NCBI GenBank assembly: GCA_002327685.1
Contig: DCXN01000022.1
Span: 6,645-41,774, forward strand
Origin: Patescibacteria group bacterium UBA2135
GTDB lineage: Bacteria > Patescibacteriota > Minisyncoccia > Phycocordibacterales > UBA2135
Length of the DNA: 35,130 nucleotides
Reading direction: 5' to 3'
The notes under the pieces: generated by a model
What the model was told of the DNA's origin: nothing
The model's input: the letters and a program-made list of their open reading frames with translations, nothing else
The model's database searches: none
Shown: positions 1 to 8,617 of the stretch, one piece after another
How positions within the stretch are numbered: the stretch's first letter is position 1
Layout of the letters: each line of letters starts with the position of its first letter
Position numbers and translations under genes: made by a program

Positions 1-286
1 CCCCTGTCATCTCATTCCAAAAAGCACCCATATCTGATGTGATAGAATCAAGTGTTTTTCCCACAAGTTGGGGCGCTAAAGCATTAATCGCAGCAACACA
101 TATTTCATTTCCTCTGCCAATGGTAAATGTTAAACCATGACCTTCAAGAGAACTGTCTGTCTTTAAGATGATATAAGCTGCGGAATAATCCGGGGCTTCA
201 TTCATCGCATCAGAGCCATCAAGGTTTTTTGAGGTTGGAAAACGAATATCACGAGCCGTAAATCCTGTTATGGTTATGTTTTTCAT
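1..286 (-). CDS. L-fuconate dehydratase / ENOSF1(rTS)-like enolase-superfamily protein, N-terminal part (runs off the window edge; absent from the ORF track)
   Basis: Manual translation from ATG at 286: MKNITITGFTARDIRFPTSKNLDGSDAMNEAPDYSAAYIILKTDSSLEGHGLTFTIGRGNEICVAAINALAP. The DIRFPTS..DGSDAMN..PDYSAAY and GLTFTIGRGNE motifs are characteristic of L-fuconate dehydratase. Confidence 0.9.
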   Translation of the reverse strand, partial: MKNITITGFTARDIRFPTSKNLDGSDAMNEAPDYSAAYIILKTDSSLEGHGLTFTIGRGNEICVAAINALAPQLVGKTLDSITSDMGAFWNEMTG

Positions 287-288
287 AA

Positions 289-1635
289 TTATGTGCGGTG
301 GCTAATATAAAATAAAATTATATCACCTACATTTGTACCAGTCTGCCCTCCAGTAGAAATAATTGAATTCACACAAGAGAGCGCAATAAATGAATCGTGC
401 CTTTCAAGATATGACTCAAGACCTAAATTTTTCTCCTGAATTGCCTTAAGTGAGTCATTATCAATAATGCCACCTGCCGCCTTCTCTATAAAGTCAACGC
501 CGTCGGTTGCGATTGCGGCAATACACCATTTATTTTTTAATGGCTGTTTCTTGAGTTTGACGAGACATGAAAGAATCACTTCTTGATTTCTTCCGCCAAT
601 CCCTGAAGAATTGCCAAGTGTTACCCTCGTCTCTCCTCCATACAAGAAAAGTGTTGGTTTGTTAATGTGGGCTTTCTGAGCTATTCCGCATATTTCTGAT
701 GCTACCTCCCTTGCCTCTCCCTTAATTTGTCTGCGCGTTATTACATTAATGTGTTGTTCCAGCGCCGCGTTTTTAATAGCTTCAAGCGCGGTTTCATTGC
801 TGGCAATAATGACTTGATGGACATGGGAGAGATCTGGGGTACTCGCCGGCTTCTTAATTCGTGCATGTAGAAATGACCGAATTGAAGAAGGAACCACATC
901 AACTATTCCAAATTTTTCAAGCACTTTCCAAGCATCATTGTATGTCGTCATATCGGGCGAGAGTGGCCCGGATGCCGTCATCTCGTGAGTTGCCTCGCCG
1001 TTATCATCAGAGAGCACGAGTGAAAGAACTTGGCTCGGCGCAAAATGTTCAGCGAGCCTTCCGCCTTTTACGCGTGAAAGTTTTGATTTAATTGTCGTAT
1101 TTTCATATCCACCGGCACCATTCCCAATCAAAAGTTCAGTCAGTTTTTGTTTGTCTTCAAGAGAAACGCTATCTACCGGATAAGAGAGCATTGCTGATCC
1201 TCCTCCAGAGATGAGAGCAATAATAAAATCGTCAGCGCCGATATTGTGCTGTTCTTTAAGAGCAAGTATACGTTTTGTGTTGGTAACATTTTTTTCAAGA
1301 GGGACCGGGTGGTCTGCAAATACTATTTCTATTTTTTTGGTATTTACATTTCTATCTCCTGAAAGTACAATGCCAGCCATGATACGCCCCGGAGTTAATA
1401 TACCCTCTATCACTTCCGCCATACGAGCAGATGCTTTTCCTGCTCCGATTACAAAGACTCTTTTGCCTTTAAGCGGAAATTTTTTACCATAGGCAATGAG
1501 CGTGTCATTGTCGACGTGAATATGTTTCTTTAAGATCGTATCTGGTAACACACTTTCAATTCCGAGTGCGGCAAACCGAAGAACATTTTCTTTCTCGGGA
1601 GATATCACAAGCTCACTGTAATTTTGAATGACCAT
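289..1635 (-). CDS. Class II (MOFRL/DUF4147) glycerate 2-kinase-like protein
   Basis: Motifs IGAGKAS, HPVP, LISGGGSA, SRVKGGRL, ASGP, GGET, GGRNQE, TDGVD and TGTNVGD. Confidence 0.9.
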   Translation of the reverse strand: MVIQNYSELVISPEKENVLRFAALGIESVLPDTILKKHIHVDNDTLIAYGKKFPLKGKRVFVIGAGKASARMAEVIEGILTPGRIMAGIVLSGDRNVNTKKIEIVFADHPVPLEKNVTNTKRILALKEQHNIGADDFIIALISGGGSAMLSYPVDSVSLEDKQKLTELLIGNGAGGYENTTIKSKLSRVKGGRLAEHFAPSQVLSLVLSDDNGEATHEMTASGPLSPDMTTYNDAWKVLEKFGIVDVVPSSIRSFLHARIKKPASTPDLSHVHQVIIASNETALEAIKNAALEQHINVITRRQIKGEAREVASEICGIAQKAHINKPTLFLYGGETRVTLGNSSGIGGRNQEVILSCLVKLKKQPLKNKWCIAAIATDGVDFIEKAAGGIIDNDSLKAIQEKNLGLESYLERHDSFIALSCVNSIISTGGQTGTNVGDIILFYISHRT

Positions 1636-1637
1636 GA

Positions 1638-2351
1638 TTATAAATTTCCAAACAGATGTTGCGCTCTTTTATAATCCTTCTCGTTATTTATATTGACCCA
1701 GCGGGAGTCATCAGAAAAAAATGGTTCTATTTTTATTTCTGGAACCATCTGCTGTAATGGTATGAAAAACCCTCCTTTCTGTGGACCTTGTGTAAATATT
1801 TTATCCGCAATAGAGAAATAGCGCTCACTCGCGGTCTGAGAGAGCTTGTAGATTCCAAAAACATCCCCGTGCGATTGATTTTCTATATCATGTCCGATCT
1901 CCATAACACATCCATCAGAAATATGCGCAGAAACAGGGTTGTCTTCTTTGTTCACTGTGTCTACGACGACTGCATTCTCTATTTTATGCGCGAGAAAATT
2001 CTTTAGTATATCCATATGGAAAACAGTATCCCCGTTCACAAAAAGCATCCCATTTACGACATGATCTCGCGCAAGCCACATAGAATATAGATTGTCTGAG
2101 AAGTCAAAATCATCATTGCTAACATATGTAATAGAACATCCTTTGTATTCTTTGCCTATACAAGAGATAACTGCTTCTTTCATGTATCCAACCACAATAA
2201 TCACATCCGTGATTCCAGATGAAAAAAGGGTTTCAAGTATATGTTTAATTACTTGTTTCTTCCCAATTGGTAAGAGGGCTTTTGGATATTCTTCGGTGTA
2301 GCGCGAGAGGCGATTTCCCCGCCCCGCGGCACATATAATTGCCTTTGTCAT
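1638..2351 (-). CDS. LicC-like phosphocholine/sugar-phosphate cytidylyltransferase
   Basis: AIICAAGRGNRL..PKALL NTP-transferase motif and N..Y/F...NLYS..LA..NGD pattern of the LicC family. Start placed at MTKA (2351) to avoid overlapping asnB. Confidence 0.8.
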   Translation of the reverse strand: MTKAIICAAGRGNRLSRYTEEYPKALLPIGKKQVIKHILETLFSSGITDVIIVVGYMKEAVISCIGKEYKGCSITYVSNDDFDFSDNLYSMWLARDHVVNGMLFVNGDTVFHMDILKNFLAHKIENAVVVDTVNKEDNPVSAHISDGCVMEIGHDIENQSHGDVFGIYKLSQTASERYFSIADKIFTQGPQKGGFFIPLQQMVPEIKIEPFFSDDSRWVNINNEKDYKRAQHLFGNL

Positions 2352-2374
2352 GCTTTGCTTTATAGAACCATTTT

Positions 2375-4306
2375 TCAAAGGGAAATGTTGTATTCCCTCA
2401 TCCATAATTCAAAAGTATAGAGCATCCAGATATTAAGCCCCTTCCTGCTATTCGGAGAAATATTAGTATCTTTGAGCCATTCTTTGAGCGCACCCTTATT
2501 ATACAGTGGCGCTCCTCTTGTATTTGGAGAAAGTAGAGTCTCGGAAATAATATCTTGAAAATCTGCGCCAAACCACTGATCTAGGGGAGCTGGTGGCCCG
2601 AGTTTCTTGCGATTTACTATCTCATCTGGAAGATATTTTCTTCCAATCTCTCGCAAAAGATATTTTGTAGTATCGTGAACTTCGCTTATCTGGTCACTAT
2701 TTAAAAGTTCCGCTTGGTGTTTATTGTCTGATGATTTCCATCGCATTTTATATTTAAGCGGCAAGGTTGAAACATATTCAACAAGGTTGAAGTCAATAAA
2801 TGGCTCGCGCGCCTCAACAGAATACGCCATAGAAGAAGTATCGAGACGATGAAGAAGACCTGGCAAATGAGCTCTTTCAAAAACATACATGTATTGTTCT
2901 ATTTGAGAAAGTTCTTTTGCTTTACTAAATAAATCTATGAAAAAGTTTTCATTGAGTAGCGTCTTTTTATCCATCGAAAAGAGATCTGGATTTAGAAGGC
3001 TTCGTTCTTTTTCAAGTTCAAAATAAGAATATTGATTTAAAAAATGATCAATGGTTTCCGGGGCCTCAAGTGTCCCATATTCTTTGAGAAGATTTTTCTC
3101 AAGTACCTCTCGCCCACTACCGCTCAAATATAATTTATCTTTCAAAAGATGTAAGCGCTCAAAGTCATATCCACTTCTAAAAATTCTTCCATATCCTCCA
3201 AACAATTCATCAGCCCCTTCTCCGGCCAAAATAACGGTGATATATTTTTTGAGCTCTTTGGACAAAATAAGTCCCGACACTTCAAAAGGAACCGCAAGAG
3301 GCGCGTCTTTAATTCGAATTGTTTCAGGAATTGCATCTAAATATTCTTTTCCGCTTAAAGTAATTTCATGGTGATCAGTGTTAAATAGTTGTGCTACTTT
3401 TCGCGCGAAAGGAAATTCGTTAAAACCATCTTCCGGAAAACCAACAGAAAAAGTCTTTATTTTTTTACCTGATAGAGACGCCATAATCGCCGTAATTAAG
3501 CTTGAATCAAGTCCACCGCTTAAATATGCGCCAGTGGGTACGTCACTGCGAAGACGGAGTTCAATTGACCGTTTCAGAAGTTGGTATGTTTTTTCTATTA
3601 CATCTCTGTCTTGCAAACTATCGGTTGATTGCGAGACGGGTAATTCCCAATATTGTTCTAACTTCATTTTTCCTCCCGAGATAGTGAGGAAATGCCCAGG
3701 TAAAAGCGAGTAAATACCTTCAAAAAATGTTTTCTCTCCAAGAGAATATCTAAAGCTTAGAAAATCCAAAAACGAAGCTTTGTTTAGTTTTCGCTCGATA
3801 TTTGAAAGGGTAAGAATACCTTTTATTTCAGAGGCAAAATAAAATGCTCCATCTTGCAATAAGTAGTAAAGCGGCTTAACACCTAATCTGTCCCGCGCAA
3901 CAAACAGTTGTTTTTCCTTCTTGTCCCAAACAGCGAATGCAAACATGCCATTTAGTTTTTGGAGGCTTCTACTCCCCCATTTTATGTACGCGGCGAGAAG
4001 TACTTCGGTGTCTGTTTGTGTTTTGAAATTATAAAAATTCTTTAATTCCTCGCGAAGCTCTCGATAATTATAAATTTCCCCATTAAACACTATTGTATAG
4101 CGGCCATCATTTGAAAAAAACGGTTGATGCCCTGCTTCTGAAAGATCAATGATTGAAAGTCGGCGATGGCCAAGTGCTATTCCTTCTTGTGGTGCATAAT
4201 AGATACCTGCATCGTCTGGTCCCCGATGAGTCATGGTGTCCCGTGCTTTTATGAATTGTTCTTGAGTTGGTAGTTTTTTCCCTAACGCTCCTATAATTGC
4301 GCACAT
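2375..4306 (-). CDS. asnB: Asparagine synthase (glutamine-hydrolysing)-like amidotransferase, probably glycan-modifying
   Basis: N-terminal M-C (Ntn nucleophile), HRGPD, LGHRRLSIID, NGEIYN, RDRLGVKPLYY, LSGGLDSS, GEGADELFGGY. Confidence 0.95.
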   Translation of the reverse strand: MCAIIGALGKKLPTQEQFIKARDTMTHRGPDDAGIYYAPQEGIALGHRRLSIIDLSEAGHQPFFSNDGRYTIVFNGEIYNYRELREELKNFYNFKTQTDTEVLLAAYIKWGSRSLQKLNGMFAFAVWDKKEKQLFVARDRLGVKPLYYLLQDGAFYFASEIKGILTLSNIERKLNKASFLDFLSFRYSLGEKTFFEGIYSLLPGHFLTISGGKMKLEQYWELPVSQSTDSLQDRDVIEKTYQLLKRSIELRLRSDVPTGAYLSGGLDSSLITAIMASLSGKKIKTFSVGFPEDGFNEFPFARKVAQLFNTDHHEITLSGKEYLDAIPETIRIKDAPLAVPFEVSGLILSKELKKYITVILAGEGADELFGGYGRIFRSGYDFERLHLLKDKLYLSGSGREVLEKNLLKEYGTLEAPETIDHFLNQYSYFELEKERSLLNPDLFSMDKKTLLNENFFIDLFSKAKELSQIEQYMYVFERAHLPGLLHRLDTSSMAYSVEAREPFIDFNLVEYVSTLPLKYKMRWKSSDNKHQAELLNSDQISEVHDTTKYLLREIGRKYLPDEIVNRKKLGPPAPLDQWFGADFQDIISETLLSPNTRGAPLYNKGALKEWLKDTNISPNSRKGLNIWMLYTFELWMREYNISL

Positions 4307-4311
4307 AGAAT

Positions 4312-5667
4312 TTAAGCTTGATTTACAATACGAATTAGCGCACCTGTTATTCTCTCTGCTGATTTTCCATCAGTCTTGTGCATAAATGTATCAATCATCT
4401 TTTTACTATCTTTTTGTTTTCCTTTTTCTAAAATACCTTTAAGCACAGTGAGAAATTCTTTTTCATTTTTTGCAAGCCATGTTCCACCTGAAGCCATTAA
4501 CTCTTTTACATAATCACTCACAAATAAGCGCCTTATTGAATCATTTTTTCTTGAAACCGATTCAGCATCAAAATCAAAATTAACTACTTCTGTGCCACAC
4601 GCAACGGCATCAAGCGAAAGGGTTGACGCGGCATTCACGCAAACATCAACATGGTATAGGGAATTAAAAAGATTGTGGATGTGATCTTCTGATGTATCAA
4701 AGTGATCACGGAGTTCGTGATTTTGTTTATCGCTTTTGTCAACAACAACTCGCCCTTCATCCTTCAGGGCAGCAAAGCGATCTGCGTCTCCACGATAGCC
4801 AAGGTGCGGACGTACAAGAATATTCGCAGACACAAGTTCTCCTTGTCTCATCGCTTCTCGAATTAAAAGAACATGCTTTGCCTCATCAAAAAGTTGTGCA
4901 CCTGAAGAACCATAGAGAATAATCTTTTTACTTGGATCAAGATTGTGTTTTTTGCAAAACTCCTCGCGTGACAACAGCCCCTCTTTTCTGGCATAAAAAT
5001 CAAATTGCGGAATACCGGTTACCACAATTTTATCATAAACATATCCTTGAAACTCGCATGCCTTTGCGCGCATGAAATCATTCCACACTATAAGAAAATC
5101 CGCTTTGGTAGGAAATAGAGCCTGCGAAAGATTGTCCCAACTTTTCGGCATATCAACAGTCGTAACACTGTGCCGTTTCGCACTTTTCAAAACCCCGCAA
5201 TCACCACCGGCGGCGGTGTTAAAAACAAGAGCAGGCTTGTATTTTTCAAAAAGATAATCATGTGCCCTGAGAGGATTTATTAAAGAATGTAACAGGCGTA
5301 TGAAATGTTTTGCTCCAGGAATAAACCGTAATGGCGCAAAAAAAATCATCCGGAGCGGGAAAAAAAATTGATTCGGCTGCTTGGGAGTTCCAATACTGTA
5401 TTTATACCGCGCATATACAGTACTATTAAAAACAACTCCTTTATATAATTCTTTAAAAAATTTTCTAAATTTTTCTTTCTGATTCCAATAGAGTGGTTCG
5501 AGTATTAAATTCTCATGTGCAAAATCAGCAAATAATTCTGGCATATCGTGATACGGTGTCAAAACAACCACACGAAAATCTTGGTCAAGGAGTCGAGAAA
5601 CAACTCCTGTGCGAAATATGTTTCGAATAATCCCTCCACGTGAAATAGTAATAAAAATCGTCTTCAT
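4312..5667 (-). CDS. CDP-glycerol:glycerophosphotransferase (TagB/TagF)-like GT-B protein
   Basis: SWDNL, TGIPQFD, ILY, ILVRPH and DVCVNAASTLSLDA resemble the ILYAPT / RxHP / DxxITDYSS pattern of this family. Confidence 0.6.
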   Translation of the reverse strand: MKTIFITISRGGIIRNIFRTGVVSRLLDQDFRVVVLTPYHDMPELFADFAHENLILEPLYWNQKEKFRKFFKELYKGVVFNSTVYARYKYSIGTPKQPNQFFFPLRMIFFAPLRFIPGAKHFIRLLHSLINPLRAHDYLFEKYKPALVFNTAAGGDCGVLKSAKRHSVTTVDMPKSWDNLSQALFPTKADFLIVWNDFMRAKACEFQGYVYDKIVVTGIPQFDFYARKEGLLSREEFCKKHNLDPSKKIILYGSSGAQLFDEAKHVLLIREAMRQGELVSANILVRPHLGYRGDADRFAALKDEGRVVVDKSDKQNHELRDHFDTSEDHIHNLFNSLYHVDVCVNAASTLSLDAVACGTEVVNFDFDAESVSRKNDSIRRLFVSDYVKELMASGGTWLAKNEKEFLTVLKGILEKGKQKDSKKMIDTFMHKTDGKSAERITGALIRIVNQA

Positions 5668-5850
5668 AATACATACAACCCTACTGTTTTTGCTTTAGTT
5701 CCGACAATATAATTTTCAAAAAAGATCCTCGCGGCGAGAGTGCAGAAACTTTTCTCATTATTTCATCTTCCTAAATCATCACCATTAAACACTTTGTCCA
5801 ACTTCATTTGCAAATTTTTAAATGTGCACACTCTGAAGACGGAGCTTGCA

Positions 5851-6864
5851 TTACATTTCGTTATGAAACAATACCTCGGTACCTGATTGCACAAATTTTA
5901 TTGGCACTTCTTTAAATCCTAAATCCAGGAGATTGTTTTCTGATGCAATTTTTGTAACAGATTTTCTAATTAAATTGTGCTTTTGCGGATCAGCAAGAAA
6001 AAGAACACAACCTCCGCCTCCTGCTCCTAGGACTTTTCCTCCCCATGCACCAGCATTTCGTCCTGCTTCATAAAATGAGTCTATTACGGAATTAGTAATA
6101 TTCCCTGCAAGGGTTTTCTTAGAGGTCCATCCTTCGTGAAGCATCTCTCCCATGCCCTCTACGTCCCCTGTAAGTAGCAGTTTTTCAAAATCAAAGACGG
6201 AATCAGACATCTTTTTATATGTTTCAAGATGTTCGTCCATATCTACATTTTGAACTTTCAAAATGCTAGACGCGGAACGAGTAATGCCAGTAAAAAAAAG
6301 GATGAGGTGATCTTCTAATGGAGAGCTTTTTTTATAATCAAGAAAAACCGGCTTAACTTCAACTGAATCGTCTTCGTTAAATTGGATTACGTTAAGCCCG
6401 CCATACGCGGCAGCATATTGATCTTGCTTACCAATCGGTTCTTTTAGCATATCAAGTTCCAGCCGGCATGCGGCACACGCGGCTTCTTCAGGACTCAATT
6501 TTTTCCCTAAATGTGTGTAAAGTCCTTTAAGGAGAGCGGCGGCAAAACTTGAAGAAGAACCAAGACCGGTTTTTGCTGGAAGGTCAGCAAACGTGCCTAT
6601 CTCTACCCCAGGATCAATAATTCCAAGGTCAAGCAAAGCTTCCCTAATGCTTGGATGCTCTAATTCTCTGGGATGAGATACCCATTCTACTTTGCTATAC
6701 CGTACAATAAATTTATTAACTAATGGCACAGGATGGACGACAGCGTACACATACTTATCAACAGTCACGGAAATAACTCTCCCTGGATATTTGCGATAAA
6801 AGGCGGGTAGATCAGTTCCCCCACCCACAAAACTTATACGTAACGGCGCGCGTGTTATGATCAT
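5851..6864 (-). CDS. hddA: GHMP kinase, D-glycero-D-manno-heptose 7-phosphate kinase-like
   Basis: RAPLRISFVGGGTD, PAKTGLGSSS, IGKQDQY, GGKVLGAGGGG. Confidence 0.85.
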   Translation of the reverse strand: MIITRAPLRISFVGGGTDLPAFYRKYPGRVISVTVDKYVYAVVHPVPLVNKFIVRYSKVEWVSHPRELEHPSIREALLDLGIIDPGVEIGTFADLPAKTGLGSSSSFAAALLKGLYTHLGKKLSPEEAACAACRLELDMLKEPIGKQDQYAAAYGGLNVIQFNEDDSVEVKPVFLDYKKSSPLEDHLILFFTGITRSASSILKVQNVDMDEHLETYKKMSDSVFDFEKLLLTGDVEGMGEMLHEGWTSKKTLAGNITNSVIDSFYEAGRNAGAWGGKVLGAGGGGCVLFLADPQKHNLIRKSVTKIASENNLLDLGFKEVPIKFVQSGTEVLFHNEM

Positions 6865-6876
6865 AAAAATAATATA

Positions 6877-6976
6877 ATCCGAAATTTACGAAACAGTATC
6901 CGAAACTACGAAAGACTCTTGTTCCTTGATTTTACACAATTTCGTAGATTTCGGATAGGTTTTTGTAGTTTCAGAT
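6877..6976. repeat. Composite inverted-repeat element of ATCCGAAA(T)YTACGAAA units
   Basis: Two forward units (6877-6893, 6898-6913) and two inverted units (6940-6956, 6961-6976). Confidence 0.8.
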
Positions 6977-7695
6977 TATTTCTTTACTTCCATTGCTCTG
7001 AAAAACGCCTCTGCTTTTTTTAGCCGTTCCGGCGTACCTATATCATAAAACCGATTTTTTGAGACATAAGTTATAAGTTCTTTTTGCTGTATAAGATCAG
7101 GAAAAAGTACTTCTCCAAGAGCATTTGAATGTTTCTGGGGAAGGTTAGCAATAACTTCTTTTCTTAACACCATGACTCCTGCCTCCACGTGCGTTGCGCC
7201 TTGTACCCCACGCTGTTGATATTGTGTAACATGACCCATTTCATCAACACATAAATTATAACGGTAATCATCACCACGATCTTTTTCATCTTTATATTGA
7301 TATGAAACCGCCGCCGCCTGCTTCTTTGACTGTTTGTAAAAACGGACGAGGTCCTTAAAATTGAGTAATATAAAATTGTCGCCATACAATAGCAAAAAAG
7401 AATCCGCGAGTTTTGGATAAGCCAAACAGAGAGCCCCGCTGACTCCGAGCGGTTTAGTTTCTTTTGAGTAATTAATATTGACCCCAAACTCACTGCCATC
7501 TCCAAAATATTGCTCTATTGCATCTCCCAAGTGACCAGTAAGAATGAGTATTTCCGTAATATCATTTTTCTTTAATAACTCAATGATATATTCCAAAAAC
7601 GGACGCCCGCTGATATTAACCATCGGTTTGGGAATAGTTTCTGTTATGGGGTGAAGTCGTGTGCCCAACCCTCCTGCTAATATAACTGCCTGCAT
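6976..7695 (-). CDS. hddC: Sugar-phosphate nucleotidyltransferase, HddC (heptose-1-phosphate guanylyltransferase)-like
   Basis: AVILAGGLGTRL..PKPM..GRPFLEY, YFGDG, YGD, FYDIGTPE; adjacent to hddA. Start placed at MQAV (7695). Confidence 0.75.
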   Translation of the reverse strand: MQAVILAGGLGTRLHPITETIPKPMVNISGRPFLEYIIELLKKNDITEILILTGHLGDAIEQYFGDGSEFGVNINYSKETKPLGVSGALCLAYPKLADSFLLLYGDNFILLNFKDLVRFYKQSKKQAAAVSYQYKDEKDRGDDYRYNLCVDEMGHVTQYQQRGVQGATHVEAGVMVLRKEVIANLPQKHSNALGEVLFPDLIQQKELITYVSKNRFYDIGTPERLKKAEAFFRAMEVKK

Positions 7696-7712
7696 AGGAA
7701 AATACTGCCATA
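7690..7712. repeat. 23-bp direct repeat, copy 1 (contains the hddC start and a putative -10)
   Basis: ctgcataggaaaatactgccata; matches 8529-8551 at 22/23 positions. Confidence 0.85.
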
Positions 7713-7753
7713 TTTTTTTTAGCAAGAAAAGCCTTGGAGTATATGGTACAGAC

Positions 7754-7785
7754 AAAAAAAGCGCAGGATGGTGTTCTCTGCGCTT
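7754..7785 (-). terminator. Intrinsic terminator after the Nudix gene
   Basis: aagcgcag...ctgcgctt stem with an A7 run on the + strand (U-tract on -). Confidence 0.65.
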
Positions 7786-7838
7786 ATCATTTCTGTTGTA
7801 TATTATCCTTTTTGTACTAATACTATCAGATTATTTTT

Positions 7839-8456
7839 CTATTCTCCAAAAGCGGCATCCCAATACAATAGGAGCAATTCACGAGTGCTTTCTTCAAACC
7901 GTTCCATCTGACCACGAGTGTACAATTGAACCCCATGATCTAAATCAAATTGCGTTGGATCAAGTTTTATTTCTTGAATTTCTTTAGCTGTCGGAACAAA
8001 GCAATAAGTATAAGTCATACAATGTTCACCGAGTTCTTGTGGCTCTACATCTCTACACTCCCAGAAAGATTCAAAAGCGAACAAAAAAATTAACTCATGC
8101 GGTTTTACACGTATACCAGACTCAAGATAACATTTTTCTGCCGCTGACTCTGCAGTAGTTAGACCACGACGCTGTGCTCCGCCACCAAACGGCCATCGCC
8201 CCTTAGCTGAATGTTGAATACGCTTGCCAAGATAAAAGCCCTTAGTTTTTGGCTCAACAGGCAACACGTCAGCACAAATTCTTGGAAAAGCCGCTATACA
8301 TCTGCCATATTCACCAGCAGGAAGGCGTGGGGATCTTGTCCATGTTTTTCGGAAATCTCCGCCGCGTTCCATCCAAACCACTGGTGGTTGCATAGGTGCT
8401 GTTGGGACGAACAGTGGACGTGGTGTCTTACTAACAAGCTTCGGGATAACTCCCAT
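7839..8456 (-). CDS. Divergent Nudix protein, GDP-mannose mannosyl hydrolase (Gmm/WcaH)-like
   Basis: CADVL....GFYLGKR..SAKGRWPFGGG...ESG parallels the Gmm pattern LDFIV...LLGKR..PAQGYWFVPGGR. The Nudix box is degenerate. SD AGGAGG lies upstream. Confidence 0.6.
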   Translation of the reverse strand: MGVIPKLVSKTPRPLFVPTAPMQPPVVWMERGGDFRKTWTRSPRLPAGEYGRCIAAFPRICADVLPVEPKTKGFYLGKRIQHSAKGRWPFGGGAQRRGLTTAESAAEKCYLESGIRVKPHELIFLFAFESFWECRDVEPQELGEHCMTYTYCFVPTAKEIQEIKLDPTQFDLDHGVQLYTRGQMERFEESTRELLLLYWDAAFGE

Positions 8457-8492
8457 AAAAACCTCCTACAGTAAAGAGCTGTGCTACATCGG

Positions 8493-8521
8493 ACACTACA
8501 GTATTTTCTTCTATCAGTCAA
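8493..8521 (-). promoter_or_regulatory. Sigma70-type promoter of the Nudix gene
   Basis: TTGACT-17 nt-TAGTGT on the minus strand. Confidence 0.5.
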
Positions 8522-8528
8522 GTTTTTT

Positions 8529-8551
8529 CTGCACAGGAAAATACTGCCATA
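8529..8551. repeat. 23-bp direct repeat, copy 2
   Basis: ctgcacaggaaaatactgccata; the ATG of copy 1 reads GTG here. Confidence 0.85.
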
Positions 8552-8561
8552 ATTTTCCCAG

Positions 8562-8597
8562 AAAAAGCCCTCTCCGATATGTGTCGGGGAGGGCTTT
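8562..8597 (-). terminator. Intrinsic terminator after the HIT gene
   Basis: aaagccctctccga-tatgtg-tcggggagggcttt hairpin followed by a U-run on the minus strand. Confidence 0.8.
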
Positions 8598-8617
8598 AGA
8601 GCTCTCACTAAAAGGAA

